Part shown: positions 1 to 14,400 of the stretch, one piece after another
Layout: the number at the start of each line of letters is the position of its first letter
Position numbering within the stretch: position 1 is the first letter of the stretch
Assembly (NCBI GenBank): GCA_964016885.1
Contig: OZ024740.1
Coordinates: forward strand, 169,570,001-169,634,000
Source: Eledone cirrhosa
Lineage: Eukaryota
Direction: 5' to 3'
Length of the DNA stretch: 64,000 nucleotides
The notes under the pieces: generated by a model
What the model was told of the DNA's origin: nothing
Seen by the model: only the letters and a program-made list of their open reading frames with translations
The model's database searches: none
Position numbers and translations under genes: made by a program

Positions 1-1467
<1,467 letters not shown>

Positions 1468-1633
1468 GGGAAGAAGACGCACGAGGTGACGGAGGTCATG
1501 AAATCGCTCCCGTAAGTTTTGAATTTTTAACATATTTAAATCATTTGTGAAATAACAACTCTTAGTACAAATGCTACGTAAAGCACCCGGCTTGAGCCCC
1601 AAAAAAATTCGGACCCAAAATATATTGTTATAA

Positions 1634-2271
1634 GGCTCAAATATTCAAATATTCAACTTTGTATTGTACACTGTATATCCAAAAAAATGGCTATAAATGG
1701 AAGAAGAAGAACCCCCCCCCCCCTCCTCTCCTCTGGCTACACTATATAGGACAGCTAAACTCACCAACACCAGAAACTAGATACACCACCCACCCCATCA
1801 TCTGTGTACACTAAACACAACAGCATTTTCACCTTCACCGCCACCGCTCACTACGGCCATCATTACCACCACTATCCCATCACCGCCGCCACCACCCCTT
1901 GACTCCTTCACTGCTGCTGCCACCGCTACAGCACCATCACTACAGTAATACGGCTCAAATATTCAAATATTCAACTTTGTATTGTACACTGTATATCCAA
2001 AAAAAATAAAATGGCTATAAATGGAAGAAGAAGAACCCCCCCCTCCTCTCCTCTGGCTACACTATATAGGACAGCGAAACTCACCAACACCAGAAACTAG
2101 ATACACCACCCACCCCATCATCTGTGTACACTAAACACAACAGCATTTTCACCTTCACCGCCACCGCTCACTACGGCCATCATTACCACCACTATCCCAT
2201 CACCGCCGCCACCACCCCTTGACTCCTTCACTGCTGCTGCCACCGCTACAGCACCATCACTACAGTAATAC
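1634..2271 (+). repeat. Tandem duplication (about 318-320 bp x2) in the family B 5' leader
   Basis: 1634-1951 and 1952-2271 are near-identical; both start GGCTCAAATATTCAAATATTC and end TACAGTAATAC. Confidence 0.96.
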
Positions 2272-2846
2272 GGTCGCATCACCGCCACCACTGCCTCGGT
2301 ATCGACATCATCACCACCACTGTCTCAGTATCGCCAACGCCGCCAGTCTCTGCTGGCTGCCACTTCCACATTATAGAATTCCTACTACTAACAAAGAGGA
2401 AGGCATCAAAATATATAGATAGACTCAAAAGAAAAAAGAAAAAACAAACAACAAAAGCAGCACAGCAACAACAGCAAAAAACGAGAAAAACAAACAGAGA
2501 AAAACAAAAACAAAAAAAGACACCCCAAAAACGTAAAGAAAATAAGAATGAACAGAGAAGCAGGCGGACGGACAGAGAAGAGGGGGGAAAAAGTAAAACT
2601 TAAAAAACAAAAACTAAGTCAGACATTCGAATACTACATTACAATGAAACTTATGCTTATTCATTTTTGGGGCCCTTTCTGCCCGTGTGTTTGTTTGTTT
2701 ATGTGTGTCCGTATACAGCGTGGTGATAATGCCACACAAGGGCCAAGTGGGATGGCGGATCCACAGATGGCTATGTAAACATGCATTCGCCAATCCTCGA
2801 TAAGAGTGTTTAAATATCGAACATAAACAGTTCGAATAACGGTGAA

Positions 2847-5800
2847 ATGGAGACTAGAACGTCATGTGACAGACTCTCACCCAACAGGTGCCCCCTGGCT
2901 CAGCAGCAGGAACCTGACTGTCAACCAAATACTGCTGATGTTGGAGGAAGAAGAAGAAGGAAAGGGGCCAGAACCAACTGGACGAAAGAATTGAATAGAA
3001 CTGTTATGCAATGCTACCTGAAAAGTAACCCCAAGGAGAGGGGCTACAGGAGACGGATGCATAACATCTGGAACGAGATTGGTTTATTTAAATTAGATGA
3101 ACAAAAATTGGCCGGGCAGGCTCGGGTAATAAGAACTAATGGGTGGATAAGCGAGCTGGAACTGGAGGAACTGAGCAGAGAGAATGGCTTGGAGATGGCG
3201 GGTGTAGTATGCCAGACAAGCGAGCCGGCGGGAAATGAAGGTGAGGAGGTCCTGAGAACGGAGGAACCACCCGAAGCAGACAATGATCTGAATACTGAGA
3301 TAAATAATACCTGGAACAGAGATACGGCCACTGAGGAGATGAATGCTGACGGGCTAGGACAAGATTCGGTTGACATCCTAAATTTAGTGGTAGATGAGTT
3401 GAACAATGATAGTGGGAGACCTATGAACCTAAGATTTGTAGACAGGAAAAAGTTAAAAGAAACAACAGCTAAGGTAAACAAAGTCATCCCATACCTTGAG
3501 GCGAGGAGTCTTCACCAGTGCAACAATATCCTCAAAGCAACAGCAAATACGGTGAGGAAACTACTTGGTATAAAAGCGAGAGGAAACAACAGACAAGAAA
3601 GAGCAGAGCCGTGGTGGAAGAAGCGACTGAGTGGGCAAATCGAGGAAATGAGAAATGACATAGGAAAGCTTGAGTCACTACTGAATGGGACACTAAAAAA
3701 CATAGGCACTAAAAATAGACTGGAAATAAAATACAAAACTAGGAGTAAAAAGCTAAATATTATCATAGAGGGATTGAAGCAACGCATTGTAGCAAAGAGT
3801 GCCAAAATCAGGCGATACGAGAACAGAGTCAGTCAGTATAAACAGAACCGCATGTTCGACAACAACCAGAAGATGCTGTTTGGACAGCTTGAGGGGAAAG
3901 AAAGAGGCAACGACTTGATCCCTGGGGCGGAACAAGCTAAAACATTCTGGAGAGGAATATGGGAGCAGGATGTTAGACACAATGCCCAGGCAGGGTGGAT
4001 TGAGACAGTACAGAGGGAGATCGGTGAGCAGGCACAGCAACAGACTGATTTGAGTATCACAGTTGAAACTCTTAAGGGGCAAGCCAAAAAACTAACCAAC
4101 TGGAAATCACCAGGCCCAGATGGTGTGCAGGGGTATTGGATTAAACATTTAACATCCCTCCACCCGAAGCTGACGGCCATGTTCAATGACTGCTTGGTGT
4201 CGGGTGAGGTGCCAGAGTGGTTGACAAAAGGTACCACAGTTCTGATAATGAAAGACCGAATCAAGGGTAATGATGTTACCAACTATAGACCTATCACATG
4301 TCTGCCCGTAATGTGGAAACTGTTGACGAGCATTGTGTCTGAGGAAATCTACCATCACCTCCACACAAACAACTTGTTGCCGGACGAACAGAAAGGATGC
4401 CGAAAGAAGTCACGTGGTACAAAGGACCAGTTGCTTATTGATAAGATGGTAATGGGGAATTGCAGGAGGAGACACACTGATCTTGCCATGGGATGGATAG
4501 ACTACAGAAAGGCATTTGACATGGTGCCTCATTCCTGGATCACCAAAAGCCTGGAGATCTTCAGGGTGGCAGATAACATCAGACAGTTGCTGGGCAGGAG
4601 TATGGGGTCCTGGGAGACAGAGTTGACATCAACTGGAGTATCCTTGGGAAGCGTGAGGATCAAGAGAGGTATCTTCCAGGGAGATAGCCTGTCCCCTCTG
4701 TTGTTTGTCCTTGCCCTGATGCCCTTGACCATTATGCTGCGAAAAGTGAGAGCAGGATACAAGTTGGGAAGGGGAGAGCTTACCATCAATCACCTCCTCT
4801 TCATGGACGATCTTAAGCTCTTCGGGAAAAGTGAGAAGGAGTTGGATGTGCTTGTTGACACTGTCCGTATTTTCAGCAGTGATATATGTATGCAGTTTGG
4901 TATTGGTAAATGTGGAGTCATTGTGATGAGGAGGGGTAGGTTGAGCAGAAGTAACGGGATCCAGATACCAACAGGTGAGATGATAAAGGAAATTGACTCT
5001 GAGGAAGGATACAAGTATTTGGGCGTTCTGGAGGCTGATGGCATAAAGAACAAAAAAATGAAGGAATTGTTAAGAACTGAATACATTCGGAGAGTAAGGA
5101 GCGTATTGAAGTACATCTGAACAGCAGAAATGCCATAAGCGCAGTAAATTCCCGAGCTGTGTCTATTATTAGGTACAGTGCGGGAATTCTGAGATGGAAT
5201 GTTGCTGAACAAAAAGAAATGGATAGGAAGACTAGGAAGCTATTGACTATCTACAACATGTTCCACAAGAGGAGTGATGTCGATAGACTCTACCTAAGGA
5301 GATCTGAGGGTGGAAGAGGTCTTATCAGCATAGAGGACTGTGTTCAGATGGAGAAAAACAACCTATACAAATACGTGACCTATAGTAAGGAGCCAATGTT
5401 CAGAGCTGTACTGAAGGAGGGGACAGTAGGCCAGGGAATATCCAAGGAGGAAATAACATCAAGGAGGAAGAGCAGCCTTAAGGGAAAATCCCTTCATAGT
5501 ACCTTCTTTGAGAAAACTGAATTTAGAGATCCACAGACATGGAACTGGTTGAGAAGAGGAGACCTCAAAAAGGCTACAGAAGGAATGCTAATGGCTGCGC
5601 AGGAGCAGGCCCTCAAAACGAAGTGGTTGAAGCACCATATCTACAAGGAGGAGGCTAGCCCACTGTGCAGGATCTGGGGAGAGAGAGAGGAGACTGTGGC
5701 TCACATTGTGTCCGAGTGTAAACACCTAGCCCAGACCCACTATAAGGGCTGGAGACACGATGTGATGGGCAGGGTGATCCACTGGCACCTGTGCAAAGTA

Positions 5801-6220
5801 AACAATCTACCACATTCTGAGAAATGGTATGAGCATAGGCCAGAGGCGGTGATAGAGCTGTGGGATTTTAGGATACAGACGGACAAAAAACTGGAACACA
5901 ATAGACCTGACCTGGTGGTTGTGGACAAAGAAAAAAGATCGTGCCTGATTGTGGATGTGGCCTGCCCGTTCGACACGAGAGTGCAAGAGAAGGAGAGGGA
6001 GAAAATTAACCGATACCAGGACCTAAAGTGGGAGGTGAAAAGTATTTGGAACTGCCATGAAGTCAAAGTGATCCCGATTGTCATAGGCGCACTGGGGACT
6101 ATCTCCAAAGGTTTCCAGGGATGGTTAAAGAAAATCGGCCCCTTCACGCTTTTTGGAACGCTTCAAAAGGCATGCTTGCTTGGAACGGCAAGAACCCTCC
6201 GATACGTCCTGAATATCTGA
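2847..6220 (+). pseudogene. Family B RT-RLE polyprotein broken by a 1-nt deletion near 5112
   Basis: YRPITCL, GIFQGDSLSP and LFMDDLK RT motifs in 2847-5120; knuckle (second Cys mutated to W), RHD and RPDLVV..VDVACPFD in 5159-6220. The sister copy near 6600 has the extra base. Confidence 0.92.
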
Positions 6221-6326
6221 GGCTGCAGGTAGTGGCTTGATATTCAATCCAACGGACTTTCCAGTTAACCAACATCAATGACTGAGATTCAAGGAATAAC
6301 AATAACAATAATAATAATAATAATAA

Positions 6327-7768
6327 AGGTGTTGGATGTGCTTGTTGACACTGTCCGTATTTTCAGCAATGATATATGTATGCAATTTGGGATTAGTAAG
6401 TGAGGAGTCCTTGTGATGAAGAGGGGTAAATTGAGCAGAAGCAACGGAATCCAGGTACCAACAGGTGAGATGATAAAGGATATTGACACTGAAGAAGGAT
6501 GCAAATATTTAGGTGTTCTGGAGGCTGATGACATCAAGAACAAAACAATGAAGGAATTGATAAGATCTGAATACATTCGGAGAGTAAGGAGCGTATTAAA
6601 ATCACATCTGAACAGTAGGAATGCCATAAGTGCAGTAAATTCCAGAGCTGTGTCTATTATTAGGCACAGTGCGGGAATTCTGAGATGGAATGTTGCTGAA
6701 CAAAACAAAATGGATAGGAAGACTAGGAAGCTATTGACTATCTACATCATGTTCCACAAGAGGAGTGATGTCGATAGACTCTACTTAAAGAGATCTGAAG
6801 GTGGAAGAGGTCTAATCAGCATAGAGGACTGTGTTCAGATGGAGAAAAACAACCTGCACAAATATGTGACTGACAGTAGGGAGCCAATGCTCAGAATTGT
6901 ACTGAAGGAGAAGACAATAGACCAGGGGATGTCCAAGGAGGAAATAACAACAAGGAGCAAGAGCAACCTAAATGAAAAATCCCTTCATAGTACCTTCTTT
7001 GCGAAAACTGAATTTAGAGATCCACAGACGTGGAACTGGTTGAAAAGAGGATACCTTAAAAAGGCTACAGAAGGAATGCAAGCCCTCAGAACTAAGTGGG
7101 TGAAACAACATATTTACAGGGAGGAGGCTAGCCCTCTGTGTAGGATCTGTGGAGAGAGAGAGAGGAGCCTGTGGCTCACAGCTAGTGAGTGTGGTCTAGG
7201 TGTAAACACCTAGCCCAGACTCACTATAAAGGCGGGAGACATAATGTGATGGGCAGGGTGATCCACTCGCACCTATGCAGGGTAAACAATTTACCACATT
7301 CTGAGAAGTGGTATGAGCACAAGCCAGAGTCGGTGATAGAAAACGATCAGGTGAAGGTGCTGTGTAATTTTAGGATACAGACGGACAAGAAATTAGAACA
7401 CAATAGGCCTGACCTGGTGGTTGTGGACAAGGAAAAATGATTGTGCCTGATTGTAGAGGTAGCCTGCCCATTCGAAACAAGAGTGCAAGAAAAGTAGAGG
7501 GAGAAAATTAACCGATACCAGGATTTAAAGTGGGCGGTAAAAAGGATTTGGAACTGCCATGAAGTCAAAGTGGTCCCGATTGTCATAGGTGCACTAGTTA
7601 AAGAAGATTAGTCCAGTCCCGCCTTTTGGAACACTTCGAAAGGCATGATTGCTGGGAACAGCAAGAAACCTCCGATACGTCCTGAATATCTGAGGTTGCA
7701 GGTAGCGGCTTGATATTCATTTCAACAAACTTTCCAGTTAAATAAGATCAATGACTGAGGCTCAAAGC
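6327..7768 (+). mobile_element. 5'-truncated degenerate family B R4-like copy
   Basis: Colinear with about 4835-6290, with stops and frameshifts; TAA repeats on both sides (7769-7836 downstream). Confidence 0.93.
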
Positions 7769-7816
<48 letters not shown>

Positions 7817-7836
7817 TTAATAATAATAATAATAAT

Positions 7837-8743
7837 GCTTTCTTTATTACCCACAAAAGTTTACACAAAGTCAGACATTAAGCACAGTACATGACAATAC
7901 AGGACGGTACAAATGGGTATTTCTGCGTGTAAAAAAATAGGGCGGAGACTTCCGAGTCCATCGTGGAGAAAGCCCATTAAAAAAGGCCACGGTGACTCTG
8001 ACCACCAGGACAAGTGCCCTCTCCCATCTTTCCACCTTCAATTTACAGGCACATACTCAGAGTATACACATTCACTCGGGCCATTCTTGCCTCTCTCACC
8101 CATCTTTCAACAAAATGCTGGGATAGAGCACTTCTTTCTCTACCCTGATTTTCCTTTTCAAATGAAATTTGAAAAAGTTAATCAGGGCATCACCGAAGAG
8201 GTAACTACTCGTCTTCAGCCCTTTTAGACACGTCCACCATATTATCTCTTTCGCCATGGCCACCAGACAGATAAAAACTGCTTGCCCTTCCCGGCTAAAG
8301 GAGGAGGGCGGGACAAACCTCACGATGGACTCAGCTGATAGCCGGATCCGTTCTAAACGCGACAGTAGGTGTTCGACAAAAAACCACAAACCAGCAATGC
8401 TTGGACAATGGACGAGTGTGTGCAGGATGGTTTCGTCGCTCTGCACGCATCTCGGACATGCCTGGCTGACGGCACTTCCATGCCTGTAGAGTTATCCCGA
8501 ACTGGCAAAGCTCCTCGGTAGCACTGCCAAGCCAGGGATTTCTGGAAATTGTCCATAGGCCCAGCCCCGAAAGTTCTTCCGAAAAAATTGGCTAGATGAT
8601 TTTCGTCGACGCCTAGAGTTTTCCCAAGTACGTTGTCGCTCTTCCCCTCCAATAATCCTCTATAGAACGCCAAGGTGGAGTTTCCACCGATCACATTTCC
8701 CGACTGGTCGATGGCTGTGAGCGCCTGAAGACATTCCAGTCTC
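7837..8743 (-). mobile_element. 5'-truncated L1/Tx1-like element (ORF2 C-terminus and 3' UTR)
   Basis: Colinear with 11215-12182; AATAAA then (ATT)n on -; TAA repeat also at the truncation junction (8744-8764). Confidence 0.93.
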
Positions 8744-8764
8744 AATGATAATAATAATAATAAT

Positions 8765-9662
8765 TGAAGAAGACAATAGACCAGGGGATGTCTAAGGAGG
8801 AAATAACAACAAGGAGGAAGAGCAATCTTCATGAAAAATCCCTTCATAGCACCTTCTTTAAGGAAACGGAATTTAGAGATCCACAGACATGAAACTGGTT
8901 AAAAAGAGGAGACCTTAAGAAAGCTACAGAAGGAATGCTAATAGCTGCGCAAGGGCAAGCCCTCAGAACTAAGTGGGTGAAACACAATATTGACAAGGAG
9001 GAGGCTAGCTCACTGTGTAGGATCTGTGGACAAAGAGGGGAGACTGTGGCTCACATTATATCCGAGTGTAAACACCTAGCCCAGACTCACTATAAATGCT
9101 GGAGACATGATATGATAGGCAGGTTGATCCACTGGCATCTATGCAAACTAAACAATTTACCACATTCTGAGAAGTGGAATGAGCATAAGCCAGAGTCGGT
9201 GATAGAAAACGATCAGTTGGAGGTGCTATGGGATTTTAGGATACAGACGGACAAGAAATTAGAACACAATAGGCCTGACCTGGTGGTTTTGGACAAGGAA
9301 AAAAGATTGTGCCTGGTTGTAGATGTAGCCTGCCCATTCGACACGAGAATGCAAGAAAAGGAGAGGGAGAAAATTAACCGATACCAGGATTTAAAGTGGG
9401 AGTTAAAAAGGATTTGGAACTGCCATGAGAACAAGGTCGTCCCGATTGTCATAGGCGCACTAGGTACTATCTCAAAGAGTTTCCAAAGATGATTAAAGAA
9501 GATTAATCCAGCCCCGTTTTTTGGAACACTTCAAAAGGCATGCTTACTGGGAACAGCAAGAACCGTCCGACACGTCCTGAATGTCTGAGGCTGCAGGTAG
9601 TGGCTTGATATTCATTTCAACAAACTTTCCAGTTAAATAACATCAATGACTGAGACTCAAAG
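8765..9662 (+). mobile_element. 5'-truncated family B R4-like copy
   Basis: CRIC..ETVAHIISEC, RHD and RPDLVV motifs; same 3' UTR as the other B copies. Confidence 0.92.
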
Positions 9663-9700
9663 AATAACAACAACAATAAAAAAAAAATAATAATAATGAT

Positions 9701-10350
9701 ATAGACATGACAGAGTTGGCCAATATCTACACTGGGTAATATGTCGGCATTACAAAATCAAAGCTGAAGACAAGTGGTACAATCATCATCCTGAGGCTAT
9801 AACTGAAGGAAAAAAGTAACAATTCTCTGAGACTTTCCTGTATATATGGACAGGACCATAAAAGAAAATAGACCTGACATCATTGTAAAAGATCAACATA
9901 ACAAAGTGTGTTTATTGATAGATATGAGCATCCCATGTGATCACAATATCGCGGCAAAAGAATTTGACAAGTTACGAAAATATAAAGAACTGCTTATCGA
10001 AATTGAGAAAATGTGGCACCTCAAGGCCGTTACAGTACCAGTGATTGTGGGAGGACTGGGAATGTTCAAGAAAGGAACAGAACAATATTTGCGAATGATT
10101 CCTGGTTTACCCACTCTGCACGCGGTGCAAAACATTGTTTTCACTGGTACTGCACACGTATTGAGAAGAGCACCATCTCTGTAAGATTGATATCCCTCCT
10201 TGTATTTACATATGCATATGCACATGTGTATATATGTATACTGTTTTTTTTTTAAATTATAATCAATGTGCTGTATTAACTAGCTTACCAATGCACACTG
10301 TGAATTTATTTGCCCTAGGTGTCAGGAAGACACTCGGCATATATCTCAGA
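9701..10350 (+). mobile_element. 5'-truncated R4-like RLE element, third family (C)
   Basis: RHDRVGQYLHW.., RPDIIV..LLIDMSIP..K..KY and VPVIVGGLG motifs; divergent from A and B, with its own 3' UTR. Confidence 0.85.
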
Positions 10351-10387
10351 AACAATAATGAAAGAAAATAAAAATGACAATAATAAT

Positions 10388-11161
10388 AATATCAGCACAA
10401 GATCAGTGTCTGCCAACAAAATATCATCATGCCAACATAATAAAAAATGGATGCAACCCATTATGCCGTGTATGTCAAAAACAATCAGAGACCATTGATC
10501 ATATGATTTCAATGTGCAGTCCTATAGCTCCAACCGAATACCTAAAAAGGCACGATAGAGCTGCAGAATACATACGTTGGATAATGTGTAAGCATTTTCA
10601 CCTGTCCCATCAAAAGAATTGGTGGGAGCATCAACCACCTCCCGTACTTGAAAAAGATCACATCTTAATCTTGTGGAACTCTGGCATCCAAACAGACCAG
10701 AAAATGATGTAATACTGATGTAATACTGAGGGACTTTAAAAGGAGGGCATGCTTGCTAATTGATATGTCCGTTCCAATAGACAAGAATGTATCTATAAAC
10801 ACATTTAAAAAATTGAGCAAGTATAAAGACCTGGAGACAGAGATTGGAAAAATGTGGAAGTTGAGAACTAAAACAATACCAGTGGTTGTAGGCGCTCTAG
10901 GAATGATACCTAAGCAGTCTAATGATTACTTATCGCAAATCCCATGAAACCCGCGTATAGAAGAAATACAAAAGATAGTCCTAATGGGAACTGCCCATAC
11001 TAAGGAGGATTCTCTCAATATAAGTACATCAAAAGTGTAAACACCTAAAGACACATGTATGTGTGTATATGTGTTCTTTCTTGAACATTGCGGATCTTGT
11101 CGCTCGAGGACTGGTTATGACTTGGTGATAACTCGTATGAACATAAAGCAAGATACATGGA

Positions 11162-11162
<1 letters not shown>
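10388..11162 (+). mobile_element. 5'-truncated, more diverged family A copy
   Basis: ISAQDQCLPTK..CRVC..RHD; colinear with about 21397-22178; followed by (TAA)n at 11163-11214. Confidence 0.92.
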
Positions 11163-11216
<54 letters not shown>

Positions 11217-11479
11217 TTTCTTTATTAACCACAAGGGTTTACATAAAGTAGACATTAAGGACAGTGCAGGACAATGCAGGACGGTACAAATGGGCATTTC
11301 TGCGTGTAAAAAAAACAAAAACAGAGGATGTAACAAAAATAACAATGAAAATAACAATGAAAAAAATTCCCCAATAGGGGGGAGACTTCGGAGGGACATT
11401 TGTGGAGAAAGCCCAGTAAAAAGCCACAATGACCCTGACCACCAAGGCAAGTGCCCTCTCCCAGTTTTCCACCTTTAGT

Positions 11480-14400
11480 TTACAGATATATACTCAGAGT
11501 CGGCCCATTCACTCGGGCCATTCTTGCTTCTCTCACCCATCTTTCAACAAAATGCTGGGAAGAGAGCACTTCCTTCTCTACTCTGATTTTCCTTTTCAAA
11601 TGAAATTTGAAAAAGTCAATCAGAGCATCACCGAAGAGGTAAGTGCTCGTCTTCAGCCCTTTCAAACGTGTCCACCATACTATCTCTTTCGCCATGGCCA
11701 CCAGACAGATAAAAACTGCCTGCCCTTCCCGGCTAAAGGAGGAGGGCGGGGCAATCCTCACGATAGACTCAGATGATAGCTGGATCCGTCCTAAACGCGA
11801 CAGCAGGTGTTCGACATAAACCCACAAGTCAGCAATTTTCGGACACTGGACGAGTGCGTGCAGGACGGTTTCGTCGCTCTGCGCGCATCTCGGACATGCC
11901 CGGCTGACGGCACCTCCATGCCTGTAGAGTTTATCCCGAACTGGCAAGGCTCCTCGGTAGCACTGCCAGGCCAGAGATTTCTGGAAGTTGTCCATAGGCC
12001 CCGGCCCGAAAGTTCTTCCGAAGAGATTGGCTAGTTGATTTTCGTCGACGCCTAGAGTTTCCCCAAGTACGTCGTCGCTCTTCCCCTCCACTAATCCTCT
12101 ATAGAACGCCGAGGTGGAGTTTCCACCGATCACATTGCCCGATTGGTCGAGGGCTGTGAGCGCCTGAAGACATTCCAGTCTCCAGGCGCTCCCTCTCGGT
12201 CTTCGCTTGACCCAGGACTGCAGCTCCGTTAAGGAAACGAGCTGGGGAAAAACGCGTCTAGCAAACGGCGACCACACCTGATCACCGTCGAGGAAGAGGT
12301 GGAGATGTCGTAGCCTGAGCGCGTGCCTGCGCATCATCAGCCACGGCATGCCCAGCCCTCCACGTAGCGGGTGTTGACAACAGATGGACCGCCTGACCAT
12401 CGGAGCACGTCCCTTCCACAAAAAGCGAAAGAGCAAACGCTCCAGCGCAGTCAGGCGAGGCTTAGGACAAGGTACGACGGTTAGGCGGTAGCAGATGACA
12501 GACGCGATGTACGCGTTAGCCACCTCCGCTCGACCTTTCAGGGATAGCTTCCTCTCCGCCCATTTCTGGGTGAGAGAAGCCACCCTGCTCGTCACCTCGT
12601 CCCAGTTTTTGTCCGTCTGGAGGTCCGGACCGAACCAGACCCCTAGCAATTTAACCGGTCCGTCCGTCCAGCGCCCGACGACGCTGTTGGACGGCATGGA
12701 CCTGCCTCTCCAGGTGCCGAGCTGCAGGCCCACTGACTTTTCCTGGTTGATCATTGCTCCTGTCACCGCTTCGTATTCTCTTAGTGTAGTGCCGATCGCC
12801 TCGATGTGTTTGGCGTTCGACACCACTACGGTGACATCGTCCGCATATGCTGACACGGATCTTCCGCATCCTAGTTCGCGCGGGACTCCCCTCAACGTCT
12901 CCAGTTTGTGCAGTAATGGCTCGAGAGTCAATACGTACAAGAGGGACGAGAGGGGACATCCTTGGCGGACCGAGCGCATGATGTTGAACGGTTCCGACAG
13001 GTGACCGTTCACTCTCACCACAGAGCAGATGTCGCTGTGCATGGCAGCGATCCAGCCTCTGAAGACGGGCCCAAAGCCAGCCGCCCTCAGGACTGCCGCT
13101 AGGTAACGATGGTCGACCCTATCGAAAGCTTTCGACTGATCTAAATTGATCAAGGACCCACCCGTGCCAGGTTCCCTAGCTACCCTCTCTACGATGTATC
13201 GCATGAGGTGGAGGTTGTCGTGGATGGATCTGTCGGGAATGGCGCATGTCTGCGCCTCTCCCACCAGACCACCAACGACAAGCGCCAACCTCTTTGCTAG
13301 CACCTTGGCCAAAATCTTAAACTCTGTGTTTAGCAGAGTTATGGGCCGGAAATTGTCTATGTTATCCCCCTTGTTCGGATCCTTTCTCAGCAGTGCCACC
13401 GCTCCTCGGCTCACAGAACTGGGAATTCTCCCGTTCTGTTGCCAGTTGCAGTAGACGTCCGCCAAGAGGCCTCCGAACAAGTCTGGCATCTGTACGTAAA
13501 GTTCATAGGGCAGACCATCCAAACCAGGCGATTTACCCCTTGTGCAGCCAGTCATTGCCTCCCGTACTTCAGCGGCTGTTATCGGCTTTTCGCAACACTT
13601 CGCCTCAGTGGCCGAGAGCCGCGGCAGTCCGTCGAGGTAGACACTAAAGTCCATCCCTCTACCCGGCCCCCCGCTGCCCCCGAACAGCTGAGCGAAGTGT
13701 CGCTGAAAAGCTTCACACATTTGCCCGGGATCGAGTAGCATGCGCCCGTCGTGGTCCACCAAAGACCGGATCGTGGCTTTGTTGCCACGACGCGCCTCCG
13801 CCACTCGGGCCCATTGAACGGCTTTCGTCCCCTCGTGTCTGAGAGCACGCACCCTAGCTCTGACAACGCAGCCTTCGTGCTTTGCATTGAAGAATTGGTC
13901 AAGGGCCAATTTCGCCGCAAGCACGTCGGTCGCAATGCCTTTGCTAAGCGCCTCGTCTAATTTTCTAACTAGTTCTCCCTCTGCTCTATTTTTCTCTATT
14001 GCTAAAGCCTTACTAAACCTAATCGATTCTATTCTAATCGCTCTTTTCAGAGCAAACCACCACTTGTTGTTGACGATGGCCCCCGTCAACGCCCGCTTAA
14101 CTAGTTCGCTAATCCGGTCTCTGTAGGCCTTGCGCGCTGGTAAGGACGCGTTTAGCTTCCAGTAGCCGGGTCCTCGTCTATGAAGCCTATCTAAGTCAAG
14201 CACACAGATCACGAATTTGTGGTCCGTGTAGCTGACTATCTTGAATTGGGGACAGCCTATGCTAGACCTATCTATTTCCCTACAAAATACTCTATCTAGA
14301 TATGATCTGGATGACCCTATGCGGTTTGTCCAAGTCCACATTGGCACATTCGGGAAATCCAATCGGTACCTGTCAGACAGTTCAAAACGCCTGAGCAGGT

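Larger units (their letters stand above)
1468..6294 (+). mobile_element. Full-length R4/Dong-like RLE non-LTR retrotransposon, family B
   Basis: Starts GGGAAGAAGACGCACGAGGTG right after (TAA)n; 1.38-kb leader, RT+RLE ORF, short 3' UTR, then AAC/TAA repeats at 6295-6326. Confidence 0.92.

Noticed and set aside
1468-1600. HDV-like ribozyme at the R4 5' end (GCTCCCGT resembles L3)
   Set aside because: I could not build P1, P3 and P1.1 by eye; not supported.
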